The notes: a model not told the origin generated them from the sequence alone. A stretch of DNA of 64,000 nucleotides from Alphaproteobacteria bacterium (GCA_965232515.1 CBDDPY010000002.1:768001-832000), one strand, 5' to 3'. Shown: positions 21,065-31,126, counted from the first letter of the stretch. Numbers and translations: made by a program.

Positions 21065-21102
21065 GACGATCCGGCGGTCGCCTCAACGGCCGCCGGATCG
21101 TC
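21065..21102 (-). other. Intercistronic stem-loop after the TRAP binding-protein gene
   Basis: GACGATCCGGCGGTCG..CGGCCGCCGGATCGTC inverted repeat. Confidence 0.65.
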
Positions 21103-21125
21103 ATATCCAATACCGGACAAGCGCG

Positions 21126-22262
21126 TCAGATCTTCAGCTTGCCCGGGAAATAGTGATTGTAGGCGAGCGCGTAGTCCGGCGCGTTCATCAGTTCGTAGAA
21201 CACGACACGCTCGACCCATTCGCGCTGGCTGTCCATCACGCGCTTCATGAAATCGTCCTTCTCCAGGACCGGGATCAGCTCGTCCCAGGCCTTGAGCTGC
21301 GCATCGAGGATGGCCTTGGATGTGCGGTGCACGGTGACGCCCGATTCCGACTGCAGCTTCTGCAGATCCTTCGAATAGTTGTCGAGCGCGATCGCGGTGT
21401 TGGCCGTGCTCGCCGCCTCGACGCCGTATTCCAGGATCGCCCGCAGATCCGGATCGAGATCGTCGAAGAAGTCCTTGTTGAACAGGAACTCGAAGGACTC
21501 GCTGGCCTGATGATAGGACGACAGCATGTAGTTCTTGGCCACGTCCTGGGCGCCGAAGCGGCTGTCGGACGAGGGGTTGTTGAACTCGAACGCGTCGATG
21601 ACGCCGCGTTCCATGGCCGGCACGATCTCGCCGCCCGGAAGCTGCGCCACGCTCATGCCGAGCTTCTGCATCAGGTCGGCGGCGAGCCCGACGGTGCGGT
21701 ATTTGAAGCCGTCAACCTCGGCGACCGTCGTGACCGGATTCTTGAACCAACCGAACGGCTGGGCCGGCATGGGGAAACCGTAGAAGCCATAGACATTGAG
21801 CCCGAGGATGTCCTGGGTCAACTCGCGATAGAACTCCTTGCCGCCGCCGGCGTGGAACCAGGCCAGCATGGTGGTGGCGCTGCCGCCGAACACCGGGCCG
21901 GTGCCGAAGAGCGATGCGCCCTTGTGCTTGCCATACCAATAGACCGGCACGGTATGCGCGGCGTCGAGCACGCCGTCATTGACGGCGTCCAGCACCTGGA
22001 ACGCCTTGACGACGGCGCCGGCCGGCAACAGGTCGATCTTCAGCCGGCCGCCGGACATGGCCTCGACGCGCTCGACATACTGACGGGCGAAGTCCATCCA
22101 GATGTCGGAGGCGGGCCACGAGGTCTGCATCTTGACGACAACAGGACTCTGCGCCAGTACGGCCGGCGCCGCGAGGCCGCCAGCAGCGGCGCCCGTCGCG
22201 GCGGCGCCTGCCTTGATAAACGAGCGGCGTGATACGGTCGCGTTGTTCTTGGAATTGGTCAT
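21126..22262 (-). CDS. TRAP substrate-binding protein with Tat signal (TakP-like subfamily)
   Basis: SRRSFIK Tat motif; KMQTSWP, MSGGRLKIDLLPAG, GVIDAFEF. Confidence 0.92.
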   Translation of the reverse strand: MTNSKNNATVSRRSFIKAGAAATGAAAGGLAAPAVLAQSPVVVKMQTSWPASDIWMDFARQYVERVEAMSGGRLKIDLLPAGAVVKAFQVLDAVNDGVLDAAHTVPVYWYGKHKGASLFGTGPVFGGSATTMLAWFHAGGGKEFYRELTQDILGLNVYGFYGFPMPAQPFGWFKNPVTTVAEVDGFKYRTVGLAADLMQKLGMSVAQLPGGEIVPAMERGVIDAFEFNNPSSDSRFGAQDVAKNYMLSSYHQASESFEFLFNKDFFDDLDPDLRAILEYGVEAASTANTAIALDNYSKDLQKLQSESGVTVHRTSKAILDAQLKAWDELIPVLEKDDFMKRVMDSQREWVERVVFYELMNAPDYALAYNHYFPGKLKI

Positions 22263-22431
22263 TGCGTCTCTCCCAACGAGTGTCCAACTGGTTCCGAACC
22301 TTACGCAACGCTGTTTCGAGGCGGTCATCGTAGTGTAGGTACATGAACGTCAGCAAGCGGCGCAAATTGTCGCGGGCCGGTCCGACGTCGGTTAGGTTCT
22401 CGTTGGGATTTCATATCACGAGGGGTTGCTT

Positions 22432-23799
22432 ATGGATGCCTGGGTGAAGGCGGCGTTGGCCTATGTCGAACATTGGCTTGAGTATCATGTGCGGTTGATG
22501 CAGCAGCCGGGCTGCGCGATCGCGGTCGCGCACAAAGGACGGGTCGTGTTGGAGCGCGCCTATGGGCACGCGGATCTGGTCAAGGGCCGGAAGCTGACGC
22601 CGCGGCATCGGTTCCGTGTCGCCTCGCACTCGAAGAGCTTTACAGCGACCGGGATCATGCTGTTGCGCGAGCGCGGGCTGCTCCGGCTCGACGACCCGGT
22701 GGGACGGTACGTCGACGGTCTGCATCCGGAAGTGGCCGAGGCGACAATTGCGCAGGCGCTGTCGCACAGCGCCGGCCTGATCCGTGACGGCGCGGACGCC
22801 GGGCAGTGGCAGGACCGGCGTCCGTTCGCGAACGAGCGCGAGCTGCGCCGGGCGCTGGCGGAACCGCCGGTGATCGACGCCAACACGCGGTTCAAGTATT
22901 CCAATCACGGATTTGGCCTGATCGGGCTGGTGATGGAGGCCGTGACCGGCGAGCCATATATCGACTGGATCACGCGCGAGGTCGTCGCGACGTCGAAGCT
23001 AACGGAAACCACGCCGGACGTGCCGGCCGCCAAAGGCGCGCCGATGGCGCGGGGGCATAGCGGCCGCTTGCCGCTCGGCCGTCGGGTGATCATTCCGGGC
23101 GACAATCCGACGCACGCGCTGGCGCCGGCGACGGGATTCGTCTCGACGGCGGCCGATCTGGCGCGCTTCTTCGCCAGCCTCGATCCGGCCGCCTCCCGCA
23201 GCATCCTGACGCCGGCGAGCCGGCGCGAGATGGTTCGCCGCCATTGGCGCGACGACGAGGCGACCAACGGTCAGCATTACGGTCTTGGCATCAGCATCGG
23301 CCGGACGGGCGATTGGGATTGGTTCGGCCATGGCGGCGGCTTCCAGAGCTGTCTCAGCCGGACCATCGTGCTGCCGGGCCGCGACCTCTCGGTCTCGGTC
23401 CTGACCAATGCCGTCGACGGCTTCGCCAATGCCTGGTCGGACAGTGTGATCCACATCCTGCGCTTCTTCGCGGCGCGCGGCGCGCCGACGGCGAAGACCC
23501 GCGACTGGACCGGCCGCTGGTGGCGCCTTTGGGGACCGGTCGACCTGGTGCCGGTGCGCGATCACGCGGTCGTCGCCTGGCCGGGCATGTTCAATCCGTT
23601 CATGGACGCGACCGAGATCGAAATCACCGGCCGCGACCACGGCAAAGTCCGACGGTCGAGCGGTTTCGGCAGCCCCGGCGAGCCTGCCCGGCTGGTGCGC
23701 AACCGTAAGGGTCGAGTCAGCGACGTCCGGCTGGCTGGCAACAAGTTCGTCAGCGAAGCCCGCGCCGCGGCCGAGCTGAAGCGAAACTACGACAATTGA
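22432..23799 (+). CDS. Serine hydrolase (beta-lactamase/D-aminopeptidase family)
   Basis: FRVASHSK (SxxK), LSHSAG, YSN, HGGG. Confidence 0.9.
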   Translation: MDAWVKAALAYVEHWLEYHVRLMQQPGCAIAVAHKGRVVLERAYGHADLVKGRKLTPRHRFRVASHSKSFTATGIMLLRERGLLRLDDPVGRYVDGLHPEVAEATIAQALSHSAGLIRDGADAGQWQDRRPFANERELRRALAEPPVIDANTRFKYSNHGFGLIGLVMEAVTGEPYIDWITREVVATSKLTETTPDVPAAKGAPMARGHSGRLPLGRRVIIPGDNPTHALAPATGFVSTAADLARFFASLDPAASRSILTPASRREMVRRHWRDDEATNGQHYGLGISIGRTGDWDWFGHGGGFQSCLSRTIVLPGRDLSVSVLTNAVDGFANAWSDSVIHILRFFAARGAPTAKTRDWTGRWWRLWGPVDLVPVRDHAVVAWPGMFNPFMDATEIEITGRDHGKVRRSSGFGSPGEPARLVRNRKGRVSDVRLAGNKFVSEARAAAELKRNYDN

Positions 23800-23909
23800 T
23801 CGATATCGCTGACAACGTCGCGCCGTGCTCACGGCAAGTTGTCCGCGCGTCGGTAGAACCGCTTCTGATGTGCATTCCTGATCCGAGCACCGTTGACTAC
23901 ACTTGACCG

Positions 23910-25673
23910 ATGTCGGAGCGCACGCAGCGAAGATTGGCCGCGATCGTATCGGCCGATGTGGCCGGCTATTCACGCCTTGTAGGTGCCGACGAAACCGGCA
24001 CGCTGCAGGCGTTGCGCCGCCATCGGCAGGAGCTGATCGATCCCACCGTCGGCCGGCACGGCGGCCGCATTGTCAAGGTCATGGGCGACGGCCTGCTGCT
24101 GGAATTCGCAAGCGTTGTCGATGCCGTGCAATGCGCGGCGGACATTCAGCAAGGAATGACCGAACGCAATTCAGGCGTGCCGGCCGACAGTCGCATTGTC
24201 TTTCGTATCGGCGTTAATCAGGGCGACATCGTCATTGACGGCGATGACATCCTGGGTGACGGCGTGAATGTCGCCGCGCGGCTACAGGAAATCGCCAGTC
24301 CGGGCGGCGTCTGCGTGGCAGCTCGCGTGCACGACGACATTCGCGACCGTCTAGACATCGTCTTCGAAGATGGCGGTCCGCGAGAGCTGAAGAACATTGC
24401 CCGTCCGGTGCATGTCTGGCACTGGCAAGACGTCGATTTGCCGGACGATGACAGGTCCGGCGCGGTAGGCGATCCCGTCGCCGGGAAACCGATCATTGCC
24501 GTCTTGCCGTTCCAGAACATGTCGAACGATCCCGAGCAGGACTATTTTGCCGAAGGTATCGCCGAAGATGTCATCATCGCCTTGTCGCGCTTTCGCGCGC
24601 TGCTGGTGATCGCGCGCAACTCCTCGTTCAGTTTTCGAAACGAAGCGATTGGCATCAAGGATATCGCCAAGGACTTGGGCGCCCGGTATGTGGTCGAAGG
24701 CAGCGTTCGCAAGGCCGGCGACCGCGTTCGCGTGACGGCGCAGCTGGTCGAGGGGCGCACGGAGACCCATGTCTGGGCCGAGCGTTACGACCGCAAGCTC
24801 GACGATGTCTTCGCCGTGCAGGACGAGATCACCAACGCCATCGTTGCCGGCGTCGCGCCGCATTCACTGCAAGCTGAGATTCAGCGCGCCGCCAAGCTGA
24901 GCGACGCCGCGCTCGGCGCCTGGGACCTCGTGATGCGCGACCGTTGGCATATGGGTCTGTTCACCAAATCCAATCAGGAAAATGCGCGCGGCCTTCTGCT
25001 GCAGGCGCTGGAGGCAGATCCGCACAACGGCGAGGCGCACGGCCTGCTGGCAATGAACTGTCTGTGGAGCATTCCATACAACTGGGCCGACTCCGTGCCG
25101 GATGCGCTGGCGACCGCCGCGCAGGCGGCCAGGCGGGCGATCGCATTGGACGCCGACGACGCGCTTGCGCACGCGGTGCTGGGCGTGCTGTTTGCCTTCG
25201 AGAAGCGGTACGACGACGCCATTGCAAGCTGCCGGCGTGCCGTCGAACTGAACCCGAACCTGGCGCTGGCGCACGGTCTCCTGTGTGTCGTGTCGGGCCT
25301 GACCGTCGAATACGACTCTGTGTCGGCCATGCTGGAAACGGCACTGCGCCTCAGTCCACGCGATCCCGACCGCCCACTCTGGTATGCCGGTGCCGGTATG
25401 GCGGCTTACGAAGCCGAGCGCTACGACGACGTGATCCGCCTTGGCGACTTGGCGATCGCCGCCAATCCAAACATTCCCACGGCCTATCGTCAGCGCGCGG
25501 CCGGATTGGCGATGCTGGGCCGCATCGACGAGGCGCGTCGTGACATTGACCGGCTGCGGGCGTTGATGCCCGGCAACTCCATCACCGAAGTTCGCAGACA
25601 GCTGCCGTATCCGGCCGCGGCCATGGAACGTTTTGTCGACGGCTTACGCCGGGCCGGCTTGCCGGAAGATTGA
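23910..25673 (+). CDS. Adenylate/guanylate cyclase with TolB-like and TPR domains
   Basis: RRLAAIVSADVAGYS, GDGVNVAARLQ, IAVLPFQNMS..DYFAEG, WAERYDR, C-terminal TPRs, GLRRAGL. Confidence 0.92.
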   Translation: MSERTQRRLAAIVSADVAGYSRLVGADETGTLQALRRHRQELIDPTVGRHGGRIVKVMGDGLLLEFASVVDAVQCAADIQQGMTERNSGVPADSRIVFRIGVNQGDIVIDGDDILGDGVNVAARLQEIASPGGVCVAARVHDDIRDRLDIVFEDGGPRELKNIARPVHVWHWQDVDLPDDDRSGAVGDPVAGKPIIAVLPFQNMSNDPEQDYFAEGIAEDVIIALSRFRALLVIARNSSFSFRNEAIGIKDIAKDLGARYVVEGSVRKAGDRVRVTAQLVEGRTETHVWAERYDRKLDDVFAVQDEITNAIVAGVAPHSLQAEIQRAAKLSDAALGAWDLVMRDRWHMGLFTKSNQENARGLLLQALEADPHNGEAHGLLAMNCLWSIPYNWADSVPDALATAAQAARRAIALDADDALAHAVLGVLFAFEKRYDDAIASCRRAVELNPNLALAHGLLCVVSGLTVEYDSVSAMLETALRLSPRDPDRPLWYAGAGMAAYEAERYDDVIRLGDLAIAANPNIPTAYRQRAAGLAMLGRIDEARRDIDRLRALMPGNSITEVRRQLPYPAAAMERFVDGLRRAGLPED

Positions 25674-25686
25674 GCCGCCATGGCGG

Positions 25687-26646
25687 TCAGCCGGTCGCCA
25701 TCACCTCGCGGACCGCGGTGGCGATCTTGTCGCGGTTGGGAAAGACGTGGTCTTCCAGTCCAGGGCTGTAAGGCACAGGGACCGGAAGGGCGCAGACCCG
25801 CTTCAACGGCGCCTTAAGTGCGGCAAAGGTCTCGGGATCTTCCGTCGCCAAAGCGGCAATCTCTGCGGAGGCGCCGGCTGTGGGACCGGCCTCGTCGGCG
25901 ACGACAAGGCGGCCGGTCTTGCGCACCGAGGCGCGGATCGTGTCCGTATCCATGGGCACCAGCGTGCGCGGATCGACGACCTCGACATCGATGCCGTCGC
26001 GTGCCAGTTCCTCGGCGGCGGCGAGGGCCTCGTGCACGAGCCAGGCGAAGGCGACGACGGTGATGTCGGCGCCCTCGCGTTTGACGTCGGCCTGACCCAA
26101 TGGCAAGGCATAGTCGTCGTCCGGCACGTCGCCCTCCGAGGCCATGAGGCGGGCGGCTTCGAAGGAGATCACCGGGTTGTTGTCGCGGATCGCGGTTTTC
26201 AGCAGGCCCTTCAGGTCGTAGGGCGTCGACGGCAGGATCATCTTCAGGCCGGCGACATTCATGAACATGGAATAGGGGCTCTGCGAGTGCTGGGCGGCGA
26301 GCTTGGTGCCGCCGCCCACGGAGGTCCGGAAGACAATGGGAAACGTCGCCTGGCCGCCGAACATGTAGTGAATCTTGGCGGCCTGGTTGACGATCTGGTC
26401 CATGGCCACGAACGAAAACGTGACCATCGACCAGTTCACGATCGGCCGGAAGCCGGAGCCGGCGGCGCCGATGGCCATGCCGGTAAAGGCGCTCTCGGCG
26501 ATTGGCGTCGCCCGGATGCGGTCGGCGCCGAATTCCTCGAGCAGCGGCCGTGGTGCGTCGGTCGAGAGATGAAAGGTCGTTGGGTCGCGCCGCATTTCCT
26601 CGGCGACCGCTTCGAGCCCGGCCTGCATATACGTGACGGTGCGCAT
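25687..26646 (-). CDS. TPP-dependent 2-oxoacid/acetoin dehydrogenase E1 beta subunit
   Basis: TPIAESAFTG, DQIVNQAAK, AAQHSQS, SVRKTGRLVV. Confidence 0.92.
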   Translation of the reverse strand: MRTVTYMQAGLEAVAEEMRRDPTTFHLSTDAPRPLLEEFGADRIRATPIAESAFTGMAIGAAGSGFRPIVNWSMVTFSFVAMDQIVNQAAKIHYMFGGQATFPIVFRTSVGGGTKLAAQHSQSPYSMFMNVAGLKMILPSTPYDLKGLLKTAIRDNNPVISFEAARLMASEGDVPDDDYALPLGQADVKREGADITVVAFAWLVHEALAAAEELARDGIDVEVVDPRTLVPMDTDTIRASVRKTGRLVVADEAGPTAGASAEIAALATEDPETFAALKAPLKRVCALPVPVPYSPGLEDHVFPNRDKIATAVREVMATG

Positions 26647-26660
26647 GGTCCCGGTCTCCC

Positions 26661-27629
26661 TCAGTCGGCGAACACGTCTTCCAGCGCCGCTTCCGGCGCC
26701 GGGAAGGGGCTGGACTTGGCGTAACCGACCGATGTCTCAATCTCGGCCAGGATTTCCTGGTCCATGCGCTGCCATTCCGCGTCGCTGAACTGGCCCTGGT
26801 GCGACTTCAGGTGTTCGACCAGTCGGGCGACGGGGTCGAGTTTTTTCCAGGCCTCGATCTCGTCGGGCGGCCGATAGTCGGGTTGGGTTGGCCGTTCGGT
26901 ATGCGCCCGCCAGCGGTAAGTCTTGCATTCGATCAGCGTCGGGCCGTCGCCGGCACGCGCGCGGGCTACGGCTTCGGTTGCGGCGTCATAGACCGCCAGC
27001 ACATCGTTGCCGTCGACGACCACGCCCGGGATGCCGTAGCCGGCGGCGCGGGCGGCGATGTCGACGGTCGCCGTGGTGCCGGAGGCCGTCGTCTGGGCGG
27101 CGTAGAGGTTGTTCTCGCACACGTAAAGCATCGGCAGTTTCCAGGCCGCCGCTACGTTGATGCTCTCGTGGAACGGGCCGGCGTTGGAGGCGCCGTCGCC
27201 GAAGAACGAGACCGCGACCCGGCCGTTGCCCGCAAGCTGCGCCGCCAAGCCGGCGCCGGTGACGATAGAGATGCCGCCGGCGACAATGCCGTTGGCGCCC
27301 AGCATGCCGATATCGAAATCGGCGATGTGCATGGACCCGCCTTTGCCTTTGCAATACCCGGTCTCGCGGCCGTAGAGCTCGGCCATCATGCGGTTGAGAT
27401 CGGCGCCCTTGGCGATGCAATGGCCGTGGCCCCGGTGTGTGCTGATAATCTGATCGTCGCGGTTCAAGGCGGCGCAGACACCGACGGCGACCGCCTCCTC
27501 GCCGATGTAACAGTGCACCACGCCATAGATGTCGCCGGCATGGTAGTCGGCCGAAGCGCGCTCCTCGAACCGGCGGATGGTCTGCATCTGGCGCAGCATA
27601 TGGCGCAGCTGTTCCGGTGACGGCGGCAT
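26661..27629 (-). CDS. TPP-dependent 2-oxoacid/acetoin dehydrogenase E1 alpha subunit
   Basis: STHRGHGH, KGKGGSMH, GDGA..CENN TPP motif; GGAGGAG SD before ATG 27629. Confidence 0.93.
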   Translation of the reverse strand: MPPSPEQLRHMLRQMQTIRRFEERASADYHAGDIYGVVHCYIGEEAVAVGVCAALNRDDQIISTHRGHGHCIAKGADLNRMMAELYGRETGYCKGKGGSMHIADFDIGMLGANGIVAGGISIVTGAGLAAQLAGNGRVAVSFFGDGASNAGPFHESINVAAAWKLPMLYVCENNLYAAQTTASGTTATVDIAARAAGYGIPGVVVDGNDVLAVYDAATEAVARARAGDGPTLIECKTYRWRAHTERPTQPDYRPPDEIEAWKKLDPVARLVEHLKSHQGQFSDAEWQRMDQEILAEIETSVGYAKSSPFPAPEAALEDVFAD

Positions 27630-27736
27630 GGCGACTCCTCCCACGACAAACTGATTTGGGTAATTATGGCCCCGATGTCGAAAATTTGCTTGTCCGTTCG
27701 TCTTAACGTCACACCGCGGAAGAGAGAGGACCGGTC

Positions 27737-28444
27737 ATGTCGACACACAAGATCGTTTCGCAAGAGGAATGGCTGGAAGCGCGCAAGGCGCATCTGGCGC
27801 GGGAGAAGGAGTTCACGCGGCTTCGCGACCAACTCAGCCGGGAGCGCCGTGAGCTGCCGTGGGTCAAGGTCGAGAAGGATTATGTCTTCCAGGGTCCGAA
27901 CGGCGCCGAGAGCCTCGGGGATCTGTTCGACGGCCGCAGCCAGCTGCTGGTGCAGCACTTCATGTACGGGCCGGACTGGGACGACGGCTGCCCGAGCTGC
28001 TCGTTCTGGGCCGACAGCTATGACGGCTTCATCGTGCATCTGGCGCAACGCGATGTGACGATGGTGGCTGTCTCGCGGGCGCCGCTGGAAGTGCTTGACG
28101 CCTACAAGAAACGCATGGGCTGGTCGTTCAAGTGGGTCTCTTCGCTCGGCAGCGACTTCAACCGGGATTTCCAGGTCACATTCACGCCCGAGGAAATGGC
28201 GAAGGGCGAGATGACCTACAACTACGAGACCCGCAGCTTTCCGGCCGACGAGGCGCCCGGCGTCAGCGTGTTCGCCAGGAACGAGGCCGGCGAGATCTTC
28301 CACACCTATTCATGTTACGCCCGCGGGCTCGACATGCTGAACGGCGCCTACCATTACCTCGATCTGGTGCCGAAGGGGCGCGACGAGGACGACCTGCCCT
28401 ACAGCATGGCCTGGGTCCAGCGGCACGACGAGTACGCTGACTGA
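27737..28444 (+). CDS. DUF899 thioredoxin-like family protein
   Basis: EKEFTR..RRELPWV, LFDGRSQL, GCPSCSF, FHTYS..ARG, LDLVPKGR. Confidence 0.92.
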   Translation: MSTHKIVSQEEWLEARKAHLAREKEFTRLRDQLSRERRELPWVKVEKDYVFQGPNGAESLGDLFDGRSQLLVQHFMYGPDWDDGCPSCSFWADSYDGFIVHLAQRDVTMVAVSRAPLEVLDAYKKRMGWSFKWVSSLGSDFNRDFQVTFTPEEMAKGEMTYNYETRSFPADEAPGVSVFARNEAGEIFHTYSCYARGLDMLNGAYHYLDLVPKGRDEDDLPYSMAWVQRHDEYAD

Positions 28445-28477
28445 CCGCGGCCATTGAGGTCTGTCAGGGCTGTCGGC

Positions 28478-28561
28478 TGGATTGCCGGGTCAAGCCCGGC
28501 AATGACGACTTTTGTCTGTATTGCCGCCATTCGTCATGCCCGGACTTGATCCGGGCATCCA
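28478..28561. repeat. REP-like palindrome doublet in inverted orientation
   Basis: TGGATTGCCGGGTCAAGCCCGGCAATGAC and GTCATGCCCGGACTTGATCCGGGCATCCA between convergent genes. Confidence 0.85.
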
Positions 28562-28590
28562 GCGGAATCGCGGCAATTGCTGGCTGCCAG

Positions 28591-29598
28591 CTACCCGTCC
28601 CAAACCTGGCGGAAGACGCGCATCCAGTTTTCGCCCAGGATCTTTCGGACTTCGGTCTCGCTGAAGCCGCGTTCCAGAAGCCGGGCCGTGAGGGCGGGCA
28701 GCGTTCGGGGTGTTTCAATGCCGGCCGGGTACTTGTATGGCGGCGGCGGATATTCCTCCGCCCGCCAGAGGCCGGCCTGGATTAGCACATCGTATTGGCG
28801 GCGGGCGTCCTCGTCATCGGCGACGGGGTGCTGGCCTTCGTAATAGTCGATGCCGATGCCGGTATGGTCGATGCCGACGAGATCAGCCTTGTAGGCGATG
28901 TCGTCGATGAACCGGTCGAGGGTCGGCTGACCGACTGCGGTCAGGAAGGCGGGAAATCCGACGGTGCCCACGAGGCCGCCCGATTGCGCCACGGCCTTGA
29001 TCAGGTCGTCCCCGATGTTGCGCCGGTTCGGATGCAGCCCGTAGGCGTTGGCGTGCGAGATGACGACCGGCGCGGTCGATGCCTCGACCGCCTCCAGACT
29101 GGTGCGGTTTCCCGTATGCGCGCAGTCGACGACCATGCCGAGCTCGTTGAGGCGCGCGATCAGATCGATGCCGAAATGGCTGAGGCCGGCGTCGGTGCGT
29201 TCGGCGGCGCCGTCGCCGACCAGGTTCTTGCGATTATAGGTCAACTGCACCATGCGCAGGCCGGCGGCGTGGAAGGCGTCGACCAGGTCGAGCTGATCCT
29301 CGAACAGCTGCGTGCCCTGCGTGTGCAGGATCAGGCCCAGCTTGCCGTCGCGTCTGGCCCGCTCGATGTCGTCGGCCGTGTGCACGATGGCGGTATCATC
29401 ACGGCCATTGGCATAACGGTGCCAGCCGCCGATTTCCAGCAGCGACGTCCGCGCGTCGCCGCGCAATCCCCGGATCGTGGGCGCGATGGCGGTGGCGCCG
29501 CCTTCGCGCCACCAGTCAACATAGCGGGTCTCGACCGCCAGCGGACAGGTCGCGTCGATGACGATGGCGTCGGCATGCAGGGCGGCGGCGTCGGCCAT
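28591..29598 (-). CDS. Membrane dipeptidase family (peptidase M19-like) amidohydrolase
   Basis: QLTYNRKN..GDG, VDCAH, ISHAN..HPNRRN, GIDHTGIGID. Confidence 0.88.
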   Translation of the reverse strand: MADAAALHADAIVIDATCPLAVETRYVDWWREGGATAIAPTIRGLRGDARTSLLEIGGWHRYANGRDDTAIVHTADDIERARRDGKLGLILHTQGTQLFEDQLDLVDAFHAAGLRMVQLTYNRKNLVGDGAAERTDAGLSHFGIDLIARLNELGMVVDCAHTGNRTSLEAVEASTAPVVISHANAYGLHPNRRNIGDDLIKAVAQSGGLVGTVGFPAFLTAVGQPTLDRFIDDIAYKADLVGIDHTGIGIDYYEGQHPVADDEDARRQYDVLIQAGLWRAEEYPPPPYKYPAGIETPRTLPALTARLLERGFSETEVRKILGENWMRVFRQVWDG

Positions 29599-29665
29599 CT
29601 GGGACCCCCTTTATCTGTTTTCAGACAAAGGGTGGCCGTCAGCTACCGACGCCGCAAGCCAAATC

Positions 29666-29743
29666 AGCCCTCACCCTCCCACACGACTGACGTCGTGCGG
29701 GCCCCTCGCTCTCCCGCTTGCGGGAGAGCGAGGGGTGAGGGCT
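29666..29743. repeat. CCCTCACCC..CTCTCCCGCTTGCGGGAGAG-type intergenic palindromic repeat
   Basis: Nested inverted repeats with outer arms AGCCCTCACCC/GGGTGAGGGCT; related copy at 47790-47914. Confidence 0.85.
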
Positions 29744-29782
29744 TACGGCAGCATCGCAACTTGGACTGAGATGGGACGTTCT

Positions 29783-30955
29783 TCAGCCCCGCGCCGCCTT
29801 CTCCTGCGCGTATTTCTCGGTCATGGTCTCGACCGCCTTCATGTGGGTTTCGGCCAGCTCGGGACGGAGTTTCTCGGCCCGGGCCGCGGCGTCCATGGTC
29901 GGCCGGTAGTGGCCCTGGAAATGCGGCATGACGTTGCGGGCGATCAGCTCGTAGCTCTTCTTTGTGGCCTCCGGATCGGCCCAGTTGTGCGCCAGCATCA
30001 GATAGGCGCCGAAGCCGCCGTTCGACTGTTTCTGCAGGCGTTCGATCTGGCCGACGGCCATCTCCGGCGTGCCGATCGCGCCGAAGCCGGACTCGTTCAC
30101 GAAATCGATCATCTCGCGGATGTTGTTGCCGGGCACGGCCATCTGCGGGAAGGCGGCGACGGCCTGGAAATAGTGGAACCACTGCTCCATGCCGTATTCG
30201 ACGTCGCGATAGGCCTGTTCCTTGGTCTCGGCGATATGCACGAGGCCGACCAACCGCCATTTCGAGCGGTCGACCGTGGTGCCATGCACGCGGGCTTCTT
30301 CCTCCATTACGTCCCAGTGCAGCGCCAGCGCGTCGAAGCCGGCCGCCGTGGTGGCGCCGATCGACAGGAGGCCGATGCCGTGCCGGCCGGCAAGCCTTGG
30401 TCCGGCGGGCGAGGCGACGGCGGCAGCGGAGATGTCGAACAGCGGGTTCGAATAGGGCTTGAGATGCAGGCGTGCGTCGCGCAGGTCCCAGCGGTCGTTC
30501 TTGAAGGTGATCGGCTCATCGCTGCGCAGCAGGTGCATGATGACGCCCAGGCTGTCTTCCAAGAGGTCGCGGGTCTGCGACTGCGACAGGCCGATCATGG
30601 TGCCGTCGGTCGGCAGGGCGCCGGGGCCGGCGCCGAACATCACCCGGCCGCGGGTCAGATGGTCCAGCATGACGATGCGTTCGGCGACCCAGAGCGGGTT
30701 GTGATAGGACAGGCTGACGACGCCGGTGCCGAGCTTGATGTGCTTGGTATGCTGGGCGGCGGCGGCAATGAAGATCTCCGGCGAGGCGATGATCTCGGAG
30801 CCGGCGGAATGATGCTCGCCGATCCAGGCCTCGTCATAGCCACAACGGTCGAGCCACTGGATCAGCTCGATATCGTTGTGTATCGCCAATGTGGGATTGA
30901 TGCCGGGCTTGTGGAACGGCGCCAAAAAGATGCCGAAACGAAGTCGGGGATCCAT
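29783..30955 (-). CDS. LLM-class flavin-dependent monooxygenase (limonene 1,2-monooxygenase-like subfamily)
   Basis: FGIFLAPFH, EAWIGEHHSAG, KLGTGVVSL, LDHLTRGR, GPGALPTD. Confidence 0.88.
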   Translation of the reverse strand: MDPRLRFGIFLAPFHKPGINPTLAIHNDIELIQWLDRCGYDEAWIGEHHSAGSEIIASPEIFIAAAAQHTKHIKLGTGVVSLSYHNPLWVAERIVMLDHLTRGRVMFGAGPGALPTDGTMIGLSQSQTRDLLEDSLGVIMHLLRSDEPITFKNDRWDLRDARLHLKPYSNPLFDISAAAVASPAGPRLAGRHGIGLLSIGATTAAGFDALALHWDVMEEEARVHGTTVDRSKWRLVGLVHIAETKEQAYRDVEYGMEQWFHYFQAVAAFPQMAVPGNNIREMIDFVNESGFGAIGTPEMAVGQIERLQKQSNGGFGAYLMLAHNWADPEATKKSYELIARNVMPHFQGHYRPTMDAAARAEKLRPELAETHMKAVETMTEKYAQEKAARG

Positions 30956-31126
30956 GCTGCTTTTCCTTCCCTGAATTTGCCGCCGTCACTTGTCATCGAA
31001 CGCATCGACGCGGAACGACCGGAGTTGCGAAGCGAAAACAGTAGGGACCGTCCCGCGAGCCGTCAACGCGAGCGCCGGGTGGCCGCAGCATTATGAGAAT
31101 TGACTGAATTGCGCTATCCAAACCGG

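Noticed and set aside
22432-23799. Beta-lactam resistance gene
   Set aside because: No signal peptide, and the HGG motif and C-terminal extension fit cytoplasmic peptidase/esterase members; resistance is not supported
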